A stretch of 64,000 bases of DNA. Source: Eledone cirrhosa. Its lineage: Eukaryota. Shown one piece after another: positions 42,592 to 56,633 of this stretch; the first letter of the stretch is position 1, and every line of letters begins with the position of its first letter. A model generated the notes under the pieces. The model was not told where the DNA came from, made no database searches, and was given only the letters and a program-made list of their open reading frames with translations. A program made the position numbers and the translations under genes. The stretch is taken from contig OZ024741.1 in NCBI GenBank assembly GCA_964016885.1, forward strand, positions 333,498,001 to 333,562,000. The letters run 5' to 3'.

Positions 42592-42820
42592 GGGCAGTGG
42601 TTTGGCAGTGTCGATAGGATGTCGTACACCATGCTTTTCAGCATAGAGTTATGGCCATTTACGTTCTGAATTCAAATCCTGCAAGGTTACTTTGCCTTTC
42701 ATCCTTACGGGGTCGATAAAATAAAGTACCAGTAACATGCTAGGGTTGATTTAATCGACTTTCCCCTCCCCTTAAAAAATTGCTGGCCTTGTGCCTAAAG
42801 TAGAAACAATTATTATTATT
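42592..42820 (+). mobile_element. Full-length Meta-like tRNA SINE
   Basis: ggcagtggtttggcag head, ctgaattcaaatcc, gcctttcatccttacggggtcgataaaataaagtacc, (ATT)n tail. Confidence 0.8.
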
Positions 42821-42855
42821 GTTATTATATATATATATTTATATATATATATATT

Positions 42856-43022
42856 ATCATCTTCATCACGTCCGCTTTTCTATGCTTGCATGGGTTGGAC
42901 AGGTCCTTCTCACCATGGCATCTCTCCACAAGTCATGACCCTTTGTCACCATCTCTGTGAGTTTCAGTGATTTGAGGTCAGCTCTCACAACCTCTGTCCA
43001 GGTCTTTCTTGGTCTACCTCTT
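42856..43022 (-). mobile_element. RTE-clade LINE 3' fragment
   Basis: Peptide RGRPRKTWTEVVRADLKSLKLTEMVTKGHDLWR plus tail. Confidence 0.8.
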
Positions 43023-43060
43023 AAAAGCAAAAGACCTGGACAGAGGTTCCTGACATACCC

Positions 43061-43092
<32 letters not shown>

Positions 43093-43099
43093 CTTCAGC

Positions 43100-43990
43100 T
43101 GTTTGAGAACAACATTTTCATTTAGAGAAACCCACTATATTGTTATAGAATGTGGTACACATATTTTCATATAAATATAGTAAAAGTCTATTCATGAAAA
43201 CTCCCATCAGCCTCGATTACTGCCCCAATACATCTTCTGAAATGACATGTGTTTTTCAGGTGATCTTTAATCATGTTGGCCATAACGACCCCCAATAGCA
43301 GACACTGATAAGTCCTTAGTGTTGTTGGCATTTTTGTTAGTCCCCTTCTCAATGATAGCTGAGACATTGTAGTCCAAAGGATTTAAATCAGGAGAGCTAG
43401 AAGGCCAAATGTTAAGAGTAACGTGATTGTGAACATTTTTGGTCATCCATTGCTGGGTCTTGCAAGCTATGTGAGAAGGAGCAGACACATATTGGAATAT
43501 ATAAGGCCTCACCTGAGCAACGCTCTCAATCTAGGGCTTGACAACCCTCTCCAATGTCTCAATGTAGGCTCTGGCATTCACCCTTATTTGAAAAGTGAGC
43601 AGGCATGCAATAACATGACCCTCATTGCTCACAACCTTAAACACCATCACAGAGGATAGGAACCCATTCTGCATAACAGTGGGAACTTTGGTGGGGCTGG
43701 CACAGAACCCCCAGTCATTCAGTCATTCCTTCTTTTGATATTGGACAAAGTTCTCATCTGAGAAAAACAAAAGCATGTTGGGATCCTCAATGTCTTTGAA
43801 TTTGTTCAACAAGCTCTTCAACCAGATCACACAGTTCTTCCGGGTCTTATCGGATATGAACTGCTCTCTTTTCATAACATAGGATTTGTACATTGTATCT
43901 TCGTGCACCACCCATCAGATGATTGAGTCCAAAACATTGAACTGATTCGCAATGGCCTTCATTGAAATGCTGGGATTCTTGTTGATTATT
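43100..43990 (-). pseudogene. Decayed Tc1/mariner-superfamily (maT/DD37D-like) transposase
   Basis: Frameshifted motifs FFSDE, SAPSH..KTQQW and WPSSSPDLNPLDY. Confidence 0.85.
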
Positions 43991-44828
43991 AGTGACATAT
44001 GGCATTTCTTGGAAATTTCTAACCTGGCAGAGCCCATCTCTCTCCAAGTCTGAACATAGCCAAGTTATTCTAGAGAAGGGAAGAAAGTGAGAGAGAGAAA
44101 GTGAGAAAGAGATATAGAAGAAAAAGCAAACCCAGTACTGAACTGGTGCTTTTCTTTATCAAAATTGAAAGGATTAAAGGCAAAGTTGACCTCAGTGGAA
44201 TTTGAACTGAGAGTGAAGAGAGCTGGAATGAATACCATACACCATTCTATCCTATGTTCAAATGACTTTGCCAATTCGCCGCCCACATATTTGTGTGTGT
44301 ATGTGTGTGTTGGAGTGTTGTGTGGGTGCATTAGTCCCTATAAAAGTATTTGAATATATTGAACTATATCAAGTACCAGTAAAAAATAGTACTACTAGTA
44401 CTAATAATAATAATAAGATAGAAGATGAAAGAAAGCAAAGCTTGATACAATACTGCGATGCAGCTTCACACTTTATAGAGTACCTTGGTCTCATACACAT
44501 TACAATACACACACTCACAAATACAGGTACACACAGACAGAAACATATACACCCAGGGACTGTGGATCTGTTATTAGGTGTGGGGGATAATATGATACAA
44601 AGTGGTGTACACAATATATATATATATAAACAAACAAATACAAAGACACATATATATCTCCACATTCATTTCAAGTCTGGCTTCTGTTTATCATGCGAGA
44701 ATGGGAAGAGCTAAAATGATGTCAAAGCTCTTTACAATTTCTTGTTTGTTTTGTATATGTAATTTTAAATCATCTTTACATTTCATATTTATATATATGT
44801 TGGCATATATGTGTGTGTGTGTGTATAA

Positions 44829-44864
<36 letters not shown>

Positions 44865-44941
44865 ATATATATGTGTGTGTGTGTGTGTATATATATATGT
44901 GTGTATATATATGTGTGTATATATATATATGTGTGTATATA

Positions 44942-44972
<31 letters not shown>

Positions 44973-45025
44973 TTATGTGTGTGTGTATATATATGTGTGT
45001 ATATATATATATGTGTGTATATATA

Positions 45026-45091
<66 letters not shown>

Positions 45092-46268
45092 CATACATAT
45101 ATGTGTATATATGTGTATATATGTGTATGTGTATATATGTGTATATATATATATATACAGGGTGGAAGATATATAAATAAAAGAAAAAGCCAACAAGAAC
45201 ATTGACAGAAAGAAATGATAGATAAATATACAATCATTTCTCAAACAGTTTTAATTTTTATTTAATTTGAAGCAGTTTAAAAAATAGATTTATTTCATGA
45301 ATTATTCCTCTCTCTCTTTCAATCTCTCCTTCTTTCTCACTCTTTCCTTCTCTCTCTTTCACTCATTCCTTCTTTCTCGACTGATTTAACAGTATGTAGG
45401 TGAGTAATTGCCTTCTGTTGATATTTTAACAACGCTCACACAAACACACACACACATATATACATATACATATGCTCAAACATATACTTTAGTACAGTTA
45501 TACACACATATGTATACAGTCACGTGCAACACACACACACGCATACATATGTATACATGCATGCAGTTACACACACATTCACGCACATATGCATGAGCAG
45601 TTACACACACATGCATATGTATACAGTCACGTGCTAACACACACGCATACATATATGCATACATGCAGTCACACACACACATATATATGCACACATTCAC
45701 ACACACGCATAGGCATACAGTTATACATTCACACTCAAACACAAATACACTCACTCACGCACATACATTCACACACACACATAGAGATACATTGACACAC
45801 ACACACACCTAGATTCATGCATACACTCACACATGCAAACACACTCATACTTAAGCGTAGATCCACAAAGTGGCACATACATATGCACACTCCCATACAC
45901 ACACACATACATACATGTAGTCACATACACACACACACAAATCAATAATATTTACTCAATATATGTTCTTTAATCTCTGAAAATATTTATATTTCCCAGA
46001 ACCAAAAACATAATCAAATATTGTTGTTGACAGAGTTGTCTCCACTGTAATCCAGAGAATTTCTGGCTAAGTCCATCTTGGATCTATGAAGAATCCAAAT
46101 GATAAAAGGAAACAAAATCTCACCTACTTTGAAATTTACATTAAAATCAACATAGCACTTTCTCTTATGGAAATTGAATTGTATATCTTGTATCGAAGTA
46201 TCTCTCTCTCTCTCTCTCATATCTCTTTCTGTTTCGCTCTCCCTCTCTCTCTTTTTCTTTGTGTCTGT

Positions 46269-46326
<58 letters not shown>

Positions 46327-46428
46327 ATATTATTATTTTTCTCTCTGCCTCTTTCTCTCTCCCTGTTTTTGTCCTCAGTCTGTCTTTCTCGCTGTCACTC
46401 TCTCATACCTCTGTCACTCCTGTTACTG

Positions 46429-46485
<57 letters not shown>

Positions 46486-46749
46486 ATGTGTGTGTGTAAC
46501 TATACATAGATTGTCACACACATGACAATCTATGTATATATTTTTTTTTCTTAAAACTAATAATAATTGATATATTAAAAACTTAACAGGAAGGGAAGTG
46601 AACATTTTTATTACTTTCTTTTAACTAACTATAATTAGAGTCTTTCAAATTACTGAAGCAACTAAATTTTCAAACACCATCAGGTGTATAGAAAGCAACA
46701 ACAACAAAAACAAAATCCTATATACATAAACATTACATCATGTTCATAC

Positions 46750-47075
46750 CTGCTACTAGCCAGCTCAGCACTTATGGTGGTGAGCAGGGAGGTAGCCCTA
46801 GGGCAAAGGACACCAGAAGTCTCCACTGCCACGGGCTTGACTGCAAACCTGTCGGAAAGCGACGGATATTTGGAGAATTTATCCTCCTCAGCCCAAAGTG
46901 CAGCAGAGCCTGGGTTAGTCACAGACTGCACCAGTTTGCCACTGGAGAATGTGTCGCAGCATGTGGCATCCCAGATGAGGGGCATACCACTACAGAATGG
47001 GAAGATGGTCATGCCGTCAAGCCTTTTGCTGTCCCCTCAGTCCAGCCCCACCCGCTCGAGCTGGGAGAGGAAGTA
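46750..47075 (-). pseudogene. Restriction-like endonuclease fragment of a CRE/NeSL-type non-LTR retrotransposon
   Basis: GDSKRLDGMTIFPF..LIWDATCCDT..AEEDKFSKY..PVAVETSG matches the RPDG..WD.T..K..KY..P.A.ET.G pattern. Confidence 0.8.
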
Positions 47076-47265
47076 CATCATGTCGTGTGATCAGTAATTT
47101 ATTGTAAAACTCAGAGTAGCAACAGAGAGTAATCTCAATAATATAATAAACTAACTAACTCCATGGAAATTACATGACTTAGAAACAACCACTAAATATT
47201 AATATATTTTATTTATAAGTTTTATATTTCCCTTATTTATACTGTGTCTGTTATGGAATGATAGT

Positions 47266-47318
47266 TCTTGTCTGATGACCCTGAGATAACCAGGCTATAT
47301 TACTCCAGAGTAACAAGA
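47266..47318 (+). ncRNA. Degenerate hammerhead motif (GAA box lost)
   Basis: TCTTGT-CTGATGA-CCCTG..CAGG..ACTCCAGAGT-A-ACAAGA; 6-bp stem I and near-palindromic stem III retained. Confidence 0.5.
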
Positions 47319-47515
47319 CTCACTATTTAGCCTTGATAAAACAAATATCATCATCATCATCATCGATAAACGTCTATCTTCCATGCAAGCATGGATTAGA
47401 CGGGTTTGTCCCATTTAGAGGCAAGTTGGGTCGGGTGACCATGTCCCGCTCATATTAGAGTGCTTCTGTAAGTGTATATATATATATATATATTAGATAC
47501 ACACATAAACACACA

Positions 47516-47592
47516 CATGGTGTCACAAAAAATGTATGCACATTTATTAGAATGTTGTTGAAGTGTGTATACATATTTGGGGGACATCCTGT
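47516..47592. mobile_element. Tiny Tc1-like MITE
   Basis: acatggtgtcacaaaaaatgtatgcac / gtgtatacatatttgggggacatcctgt. Confidence 0.55.
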
Positions 47593-47776
47593 TTGTGTGT
47601 GTATATATATGTATTGAGCTCGTTAAATTATAGGGGATGAATGTGAGCCTTTAACTCCATTTTTTAATTTGATATGTATATATATATATTTATACACATG
47701 TATTTATATACATATACACATACACATATTTACATACAGATATATATATATATACACAAATATACATATATATATT

Positions 47777-47810
<34 letters not shown>

Positions 47811-48125
47811 AATATATATATATCAAATTCTCTCAATGTGTTTATTATATTCAATTAATACATTCATTAGACAGAATTCAATCAATGCAATAGGAACATG
47901 TGACTGTAGTTGCTGCATTTACTGTTTACCTTCTGTGCAACAGTGATTTATTTACTACAGATGCACACACACACACACCACATTCATTTATGCTTGCGTG
48001 CCAGTGCTGGACTTACCTATAAGCTAAATAAGGTATAGCTTAGGGCTAGATACCCACAGGGTTCCCATTTAAAAAAATATATTTTATTTTATCATTTGTT
48101 TTTATTCTTTAACACTAAATCCTCA

Positions 48126-48178
<53 letters not shown>

Positions 48179-48294
48179 CAAGCAGGGAAAAGCGGATGTA
48201 AAATGATGATGATAAGAGATGTCAATATGAATGGACCTGTTATTTTTATCTAAAGACATTTTTTCCAATTCCACCTATCTTATTTCTCATTCTT

Positions 48295-48330
48295 TCTTCT
48301 GATGAAGGACTAGGGTCCAAAACGTTAAGA
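48295..48330 (+). ncRNA. Minimal hammerhead motif (family C; G12 mutated to A)
   Basis: TCTT-CTGATGA-AGGACTAGGGTCC-AAA-ACGT-T-AAGA; element continues to ~48415. Confidence 0.65.
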
Positions 48331-48419
48331 CACTCTTCCTGCTATTTCAAGCGTTAACCTAATATATTCCTTCCATATACTGTACCGACTGTGTTGTTAT
48401 TTCTGTTTATCTTTTACAT

Positions 48420-48484
<65 letters not shown>

Positions 48485-48524
48485 ATATTAACAAATGGAA
48501 ACTATATTTATAAAACCATATTTA

Positions 48525-48586
48525 TTTCATTATACATATTTCAAGGGCCACCAAGGCAAACTATGGTGCACTTTCATCAGATAAAA
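48525..48586 (-). ncRNA. Type I hammerhead ribozyme (family D2)
   Basis: TTTTAT-CTGATGA-AAGTGCACCA..TGGTGGCCCTT-GAA-ATATGTAT-A-ATGAAA. Confidence 0.75.
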
Positions 48587-48759
48587 TATAATATAGGTTA
48601 GTATTATAAATAAATATTGACATACCCTGAAAAAATGCAACCATTCTGGTTGGAATCTTGGTTGGAATCTCCAATAATTTGTTGAGTGCTTTATATCAGT
48701 TATAAAAATATTTTTCTTGTTGTATCCCAACAAATTGAATATAACCTCTACACATATAT

Positions 48760-48836
<77 letters not shown>

Positions 48837-49021
48837 CATAAATATATATATATATATATATACACACACTAATAATAATAATGTATATTTATTTAAACAT
48901 TTTTTACCTGAATTTTTTTAGAAAAGGGCCTTAAATTTCATATAGTAGGTGAAATTCTGGCTCTGGTGTGTGTTAAATATTTATATGTTTATGTATATAT
49001 GTACATGCAGGTATATATGTA

Positions 49022-49055
<34 letters not shown>

Positions 49056-49887
49056 CGCATGCACACATATATGATGAAGTTAATTCTGCAAAACACATCT
49101 GAGTTTCATACTTTACTTATTTTCTCATAGTAAATGAAATAAACCAACTCATCTTACATTTTCATATCAACCATATCAGAACACCATGTGTGTTTATGTA
49201 TTTATATTTATATATATTGCTGTCTGTAACTCTTTAAAATATATACACATACACACATTGTATTTTCTCTACAAGCTATATTATTACAATAAGAATTTCG
49301 CTTTCCATTTGTCCCTGTAAATAGTTTTCTTCAAAGTTACTCATACATTTACTACTCTATGTCATTTGTATATAAAAGCTGAACATTTATGAAATTATAT
49401 CCTATAAATAAATAATAACAACATCATTTTATCTTTAATCACTTCCATGCGTCAGTAATCAACATAAACTATAGAGTTTCTCTTATGTAACCATAAATTC
49501 ATTGAAACACAATTTGTATGATTCTTCATATATCCAGTAATCCTGGTATATATGGCATAACAATACTGGAATCCCAAAACTGAATACATTTCATTCATTG
49601 ACAGCTCTGGACCTCTAGTACAAAATTAAAACCATTAAATATGTAATACATGTTAACAATAAGAAAGGTTTTGGTATCTTTAGTGTAGTGTTGTTCAAAT
49701 ATTTGAGCAAGAACTACATTTTTTATTGAGACGGTTTTTTGTTTTTTTTGTAGATTTTTAACTTAATGTTGTGACCCATGTTATATATTTTGTGATCCAC
49801 TAATGGGTCAGGATCTGTAGTTTACAAAACCCTGGTTTAGAGTATGCAACAAGATTGTTCATTGTTCACCCATTAGTAATTTTGAAG

Positions 49888-50084
49888 TACTGTATATACT
49901 CAAATATAAGTCGAAGAATATATAACCAAAATATCGATGGTAGAAAGTGGGGTCGACTTATATTCAGGGTCAATAATTTGGCAATATTCACCAACTTAAA
50001 ATTCTACATAAATAAAGTGTGGAATTTTTACCATTTCTCAGACATAAAATAGTGGGGTTGCCTTATATTTGAGTATATACGGTA
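49888..50084. mobile_element. pogo/Tigger-like MITE
   Basis: TIRs tactgtatatactcaaatataag / cttatatttgagtatatacggta; internal subterminal repeat ggggtcgacttatattc. Confidence 0.8.
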
Positions 50085-50189
50085 ACCAAAAAAATTACAA
50101 CATATGAGAACAAAATCATTGACACATTAACAGAGTTCGTCTACATTATGTTCCTGTAAGAGGTGCAGCCAGTTGTTGGGGTGCAACTA

Positions 50190-50625
50190 TAGACATTTCA
50201 GCAGTTAGCAGTAGCCACTGGTCTCTCCACTCCATGCTGTGTAGAAAAGTCACATTCTTGTGTCTTGTCCATGTTATCAGACCAAAATTTTCTGTCTACA
50301 TCTTGTTCACCCTCCTTCCAACTGTGTCCTGGAGAACAGCTTTAGACAGGGAGCCATAATGGTATACATGTCCATACCAGGGAGTCGTGATGGTATACAT
50401 GTCTGCACCAGATGAGTTTTCATTTTTTGTACTGTTGCAAAGATTGGTTTCTACCTACCAGCATTTTTTTTGACTTGCTGCATGTCAAAGTGGTTTGTCT
50501 TGTGATCTGTGTACAAGATGCAAAGAAGCCTTCTAAACCACTTGTGCTCAAACACATGGATTCTTCATTTCTTGTGAGTTTGTAAGAGTCCTATTTTCGA
50601 ACCCATACAGAAGGATCAAAGTCAC
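50190..50625 (-). pseudogene. RTE-clade LINE ORF 3' fragment
   Basis: Degenerate LYG..RIHVFEHKWFRRLL.ILYTDHKTN..YGHV..LSKAVLQDTVG peptide. Confidence 0.7.
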
Positions 50626-51238
50626 AAGATAACTTTTGATTTGTAACAGAACAGTGTGGTACAAGTTTATCTAGTGTTCAACAATTTGGCATTTTAAAAT
50701 ATTCCAATGAATATTTTGATTTATGATAATAAAAATGATATTAGCTCTAAACAAGAGTTCAACCTTTTTGATACCAACCCAGCTGAAACAGGCTCTAGTT
50801 CTATATAACCACCTATTTTGATGGGTTCCTATTTAAATTAAAACCTCATAATTTTTATAGAACGTTACATTAAGTTACTACAATAGTAATAAAATAACTA
50901 ATAATTTTAGTAAATTCGTTGAAATTATTCATTAATAAAATTAGGTTGTATTTCATTAGAAATATAGTCACCTAATGGTTAAGGTAGTATTTCAATAGGT
51001 TGGTATTCATTTCTTCTGAAATACAAAGATTACAACTATTGTTACATCCAGGTATAAGATTTGTCAAGTTTTAATATCTTCCAAATAATTCTATAGTTTC
51101 ACATATTGTTATCTCTTAAAGACGGATATACTTCAATAGATTTGTGTAAAAAAATTATTCATAATTTTTGAAAATATATTCATGTTAATGACTTAAAAGG
51201 ATTCTCATTCTATCTACTATAATCCGTAGAAATTGAAA

Positions 51239-52158
51239 TCTGTATATATATAAAATTAAGTATGTGCGTGTCTGTGTGTTACTTATAGGGGCCTACATCT
51301 TACGACCAATTTTCATGAAACTTTACAGGCTCATAGATTAGTCATCGAGGAGTGTTTCATATATATCAGGGTATCGTTTTTTTTTTTATTCCGGGGTCAT
51401 TTTGCAGATAAAAATCGATAGAGGGGTCACCTTTTTTTAGGTATAAAAAAAATAAGATTTTTGGCTCTAACTCCCACATTTTGCCACCGATTTCGTTCAA
51501 ATTTTAAAGCAAAATACAATTTATCATTACACATCCTGTAATTACTTTATATTTTGCATTTGTTGTTCAGGGACGGCGTGGCAGCCGCTTAAATATTCAA
51601 AAATACCACTTTTAGACTCAAATTTCCACTTTTTCGGCTCTAGCTCCCACATTAATCAACCTATTTTGTTCAAATTTTACACTATGCTAGATCTGATTAT
51701 TTCACGTCTTAAAGTGGCTTTACATTTGGGACTTTTTGTTCAGGAACGGTCTGGCAGCCGCTTAAATATTCGAAAATACCACCTTTTCGCTCAAATTTCC
51801 GCCTTTCTGGCTCTAGCTCCTACATTTTTCAACCGATTTCGTTCAAATTCGAAACTTCGGCTCCACCTCACACATAAATCAATTTATTTGGTTAAACTTT
51901 TATACTACGATAGAACCTATCATTGCACATCTTATAGTAGCTTACACTTTGCATTTTTTGTTCAGGGACGGCGTTTAACTCTTCAAAATACGATTTTTTC
52001 CACCTCCCACATATTCGATACGATTTCACTCAACATTTCGCCATTTGCTACACCTTACGACCGATTTTCAAGAAACTCGCAGTCGCTAAGATCAACCCCT
52101 TTTCATTAAAGCAGATATTATTTTACCTACCCAGGCAACGCTGGGTACTGCTGTTAGT
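51239..52158 (+). mobile_element. Non-autonomous Helitron-like element with internal ~180-bp repeats
   Basis: Starts TC-tgtatatatataaaa and ends cccaggcaacgctggg-tactgctgTTAG-T; repeated gttcagggacggcgt / ggctctagctcccacatt. Confidence 0.6.
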
Positions 52159-53439
52159 ATTTACTATAAATTCTTTTATATATGTAACTGTGGATTTTTA
52201 TATGTAACTGTGGATTTTTTACTGAAAAATTTAAGATGTTAAAACAATTGGGAAGAATTTGCCACAGAAAATGACTGTTTTAAGATTTTCACTATTGCTA
52301 TTTGATGTTACAGTAACAAACTTATGTCTACAGTTATATCTTATTTTAACATTATTCCTATTAAAAATTTCATAATATTTATAATTTTTTCAGACAATAT
52401 TTATCTAATAATTTCACTCAAGATTGAATGAAGCATTAAATGAAATACAATTATCATGTCTATCTTTTTGTGTCAAAGAGTTAATATTATCCAGTGTATC
52501 AATGCTTTTATTATAATAAGTGACTACTTAGCTGAGGAAGGACATATCAGATGTATACTAACATTTTTAACAGATTATTTATAATGGCAGGTTGCTGGTT
52601 TCAGGGTTCTTTCATTTAGCTTCCTACATGGGAAGAGTTTATTTGTTTTCATATCTAAAGTGGTACATAAAAACATATTAACTATATGTAAATTTACATC
52701 AACGGTTGTCTTCAGTCATAACATCATCATTTAATGTCTGCCTTTCCTGCTAGCAAGGTTTGGATGGATCTACATAGACAGAGTCACTATTAAAGTGGGG
52801 CTACAGACTTCCCAGACAGGCTGAGAGAGCTGCATCCTGTTTAAGTAAGGTCATACATTCTTAATCGAGTGCAGAAGAGAAGTTGTCATGTATTTTAAAG
52901 ATATCTTTCCTGATAATACCTAACTTTGGGGAATTCATATTACATTGAATAACAAGCTCTTCATCTCGATATAAGCTACACTGTAAAGAAAATTAAACAA
53001 GTTGTGTTATAAATGTAAGATATAAAAAAACAATAGGTTCACAAATTTCTACTGAATCTAGGATACCATCACTACATCAAAAGAAATTTGCATAATTTGT
53101 CATTACCCATAGATTGTTATTGAAAGAATGAAATGATATTTTTGCATGTATGTTTATTTTGATATTGGTATCACTGACTGAAAAATAATTCTTGGCAAAA
53201 ACAAATGCTTTTTGGAGCAAAGATATAATTATATATATATATATACTTATACATATATATATATATAAAGAGAGAGAGATAAAATACATATTTGTACATT
53301 GATGCACATATGTGAGTATACATATAAATTCAGCCTCTCTTGCATAAACTTTCACTCCATCACACACATATAAGTATAGTAGTAATAATAAATACAAAGA
53401 CCAAAATCCAGAGAGGACTTAATAAGGGTTGTATATATA

Positions 53440-53850
53440 TACAAGGGCAATCCCAAAAGTAAGGTCTCCTTCCTATATTGCAACTTCCGATATTGCAACT
53501 TTTCCGTTAAAATCCCGTGGATGGTGTTTCAGGAAACCTCAGGAACCAAAATGCAGAGAGCATCCAGAGTGATCTGCCGATCTTTACGCATGTTTTCCTC
53601 GGGAGGAGACCTTACTTTTGGGATTGCCCTCTTTATAATAACTGTGCGAAATTCGCACTTGGCGGTAGCGTTCAACAGGAGCTCCATTCTTAACAGCTGC
53701 CAAGCCAAGATTGAGCATCCCAGCGAAGCGCACGCATGCTTATTTGGGAGTGAAGGAAGCACCAATCACAACAGTGTTGCCAACAGCCGTATGAACAGTT
53801 TCTCTGCGTCCCCATCGCTTTGTAGACCTTACTTTTGGGATTACCTCGTA
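53440..53850. mobile_element. mariner-type MITE with an additional internal right TIR at 53605-53631
   Basis: ta-caagggcaatcccaaaagtaaggtct / agaccttacttttgggattacctcg-ta. Confidence 0.8.
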
Positions 53851-53892
53851 AGTATATATAAACCAGTAAACAAATATCTATTATTTGGACTG

Positions 53893-53979
53893 ATTAAAAT
53901 TTTAAGCAAACAAGTTCTGCTTTCACCCTAAAGCAAGATCTTCAGGGTGAATGCAGAAATTGTTTGCTTAAATGTTTAA
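53893..53979. repeat. Short IR with possible HHR 3' half in the arms
   Basis: tttaagcaaacaagttctgctttcaccct / agggtgaatgcagaaattgtttgcttaaa; minus arm reads GAA-AGCAGA..TTTGCT-T-AAAT. Confidence 0.55.
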
Positions 53980-53999
53980 TCTGTGCTAATAATAATAAT

Positions 54000-54036
<37 letters not shown>

Positions 54037-54120
54037 AAAGGTAAACAGAAATAACAACACAATCAGTACAGTATATGGAAGGGATATATTAGGTTAACGC
54101 TTGATATAGCAGGAAGGGAA

Positions 54121-54156
54121 TCTTAACGTTTCAGACACTAGTCCTTCATCAGAAGT
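54121..54156 (-). ncRNA. Minimal hammerhead ribozyme (family C, core intact)
   Basis: CTT-CTGATGA-AGGACTAGTGTCT-GAA-ACGT-T-AAG; element 54037-54165 homologous to 48285-48415. Confidence 0.7.
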
Positions 54157-54574
54157 GAAAGAATGGCAGATACGGAAAGACCCGTTAGGGGCCTGTAAGA
54201 GTGGTGAGGGTGGAAATGAAGAGATAAGTGTTACAGCAGGAATGAGAACAAGGAAGAGGGCCAGGTGGAGTTGTGGGAGAGGACGAGAAAGAACTGCAAA
54301 CCAGGAGGACACGAGGTTCAGAGAAATTCTGGGAGATACAACATAAGTAAGGAGGAAAGATGCTTAAGGTTATGGACAGTTCTGTGGTTAGTGCAAGATT
54401 CCAGACATAGAAAATGATATGGTTGTCGAATAGTACCATAGATGTTTTCATAGAAGCTAAAAGACAGGTTTCAAAAATATTGGAAGAAACTGTAGTAGCA
54501 AAGAACAATGTCAATGAACAAGAAAAGAAGAAGTTAGTCATCAAGTGCACTTACTAAGGTGGGTGGGGGGAACT

Positions 54575-54960
54575 AAACATTTGAGAATATGAAGAAAAGA
54601 GGTGTGAAGTGTTCTGGATTGCAAGATTGTGTGCTGGAGAAAGCTGAGATATTGTTAGGAAGAGGTGTGTATAGAATGGCTTTATATAGACACAAAAGAC
54701 CAGCCATTGAAGTCAACAGCTTGATTAAGTGTGGATGGTTCATCAAGTATAGTTGCTGAAACACCTAAAACATCTGATAACGTAGGTCACACAAACAGTG
54801 GAGGAAGGACAAATTTAAAGAACATATTTTTTTCTTTAAATTTGTCCTTGCCTCTGATGAGAGAGGCAGTTTTAGAACCACTACTCCATTATATATTGGT
54901 AGCCATAACTGGATCCTGAAACTCTAGGTCACAAATATATGTTAAGTGTATGAACTTTAA
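54575..54960 (+). mobile_element. Penelope-like element 3' remnant: possible GIY-YIG C-terminus followed by degenerate HHR
   Basis: Peptide IEWLYIDTKDQPLKS at 54671-54715 resembles the E..YI....P.LN end of PLE GIY-YIG; TTTGT..CTGATGA..CAGTT/AACTG..GAA-ACTCTAGGT-C-ACAAA at 54841-54935. Confidence 0.5.
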
Positions 54961-55366
54961 TATAAACTATAATAATAATGATAATAATAAAATTATTGTA
55001 TAAAGTGCTCAGGTGCACTACAACTTGTCAAAGGTGCATGTATAGTACATAGAATAATATACAGGGAAGTGAATAGTGTATGAGTCATATATCTATATAT
55101 ATGGTTTAGTTTGGTAGATTATATTTAACCATGGTGTGAACCATATAATTACATAACAGTCTAGTTGTCAACTTGATCGTTGTTTATATGATGTCATAAA
55201 ATAAACAAGGGTTACTTTGAACTCTCTTTCTTCTGATTTTAAACACACACACAGTATGATTCTGGTAAGCAGCTCCATCTATTATTTTCCAACAACAGGC
55301 AAAAGTACATGACAACCAGCCACAGCTTGCTATTGACAATGAATGTTTTTATTATACTTGCCACTA

Positions 55367-55587
55367 GGGCAGTGGATTGGCAGTATCGGTAGAGAGTCGG
55401 ACGCTATGCTTTGCAGCATAGAGTTACGGCCCTTTATGATCTGAGTTCGAATCCCGCCGAGGTTAACTTTGCCTTTCATCCTTACAGGTTTGATAAAATA
55501 AAGTACCAGCTACACTCTGGGGTCAATTTAATCGACTTTCCCCTCCCCCAATATTGCTGGCCTTGTGCCTGTATAAGAAACCATTAT
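55367..55587 (+). mobile_element. Full-length Meta-like tRNA SINE
   Basis: gagttcgaatccc B-box-like motif and the same core as the 42592 copy; further copies at ~20437-20645(-), 21815-21970(+), 57271-57488(-), 63227-63429(-). Confidence 0.8.
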
Positions 55588-56559
55588 ACTTGCCAACACT
55601 GTGCAAGACACTTTAAATAATTAACTGGAATCAAAACCCACATTCAATCACAGCACCGATAAAAGATGTTTTTTAAAGATATCATGTGAAGACCATATTC
55701 GAAAATGAGGGACAGCACATGCACACACACAAACACACATAGACACATACACACACACACATATATGTGTATGTGTGTGTGTGAAAGTGTGTGTATACAC
55801 TCTGTCTTGAGTGTTCTCACTAATATACAACAGTAATGTAGTAACATCAATACAAACAAGGGTTGGCATTAGACATATGAAGGATTGCAGTAAAATGGAG
55901 GACTTAGACATAGAAGTTCCCACATCTTGAGATGTATGAGGTAGCCAAAGAACTTCAATGACCATGGTCAGTTGTATCTATCAATACATTGTTCCAACTT
56001 TTGTTGATGGATTTAAAGTCTCTATTGATTGTCTGCTGTCACTTCATCCTAGGACATCCCTGTCACCTCTTTACAAGGGGGTACCAATATGGGATCTGAT
56101 TAGGATGTCTTTCAACCTGAGAGTCACACATGATGTTAGACACATGTTGCAGAACAAATGTTACATAATGGATAGGACAGAGGCATTTAAGAAAGAAAAA
56201 CGAAAAAATAACAAACAAAATCTTAGAACCAATTCTGAGAAAAAAATAAAATAAAATATAAAGTAAGTGTTGATTATTTGTAAGAATGGTTACAATGTCA
56301 TTAGATTTGGTGAAGCTATTATATGGATAACAGAGAAGAAAAGGCATGCTGTAGTGTGTGTGTGTGACAACAAACTTGGACATTACCTGGTGGTGGCATT
56401 AATGCTCCAGGCACTGCTGGATGATGTCATATTATTGGAAGGTGCCAATATGATTGTGATCTTTAGTTGACACTTGGAAAAGAAAATAGTCAACAGTGTA
56501 AGTTAAGTTTGTAAAATATATACATGGATACTCTCCCCCCTCGTCTCTCTCTCTCTCTA

Positions 56560-56633
<74 letters not shown>

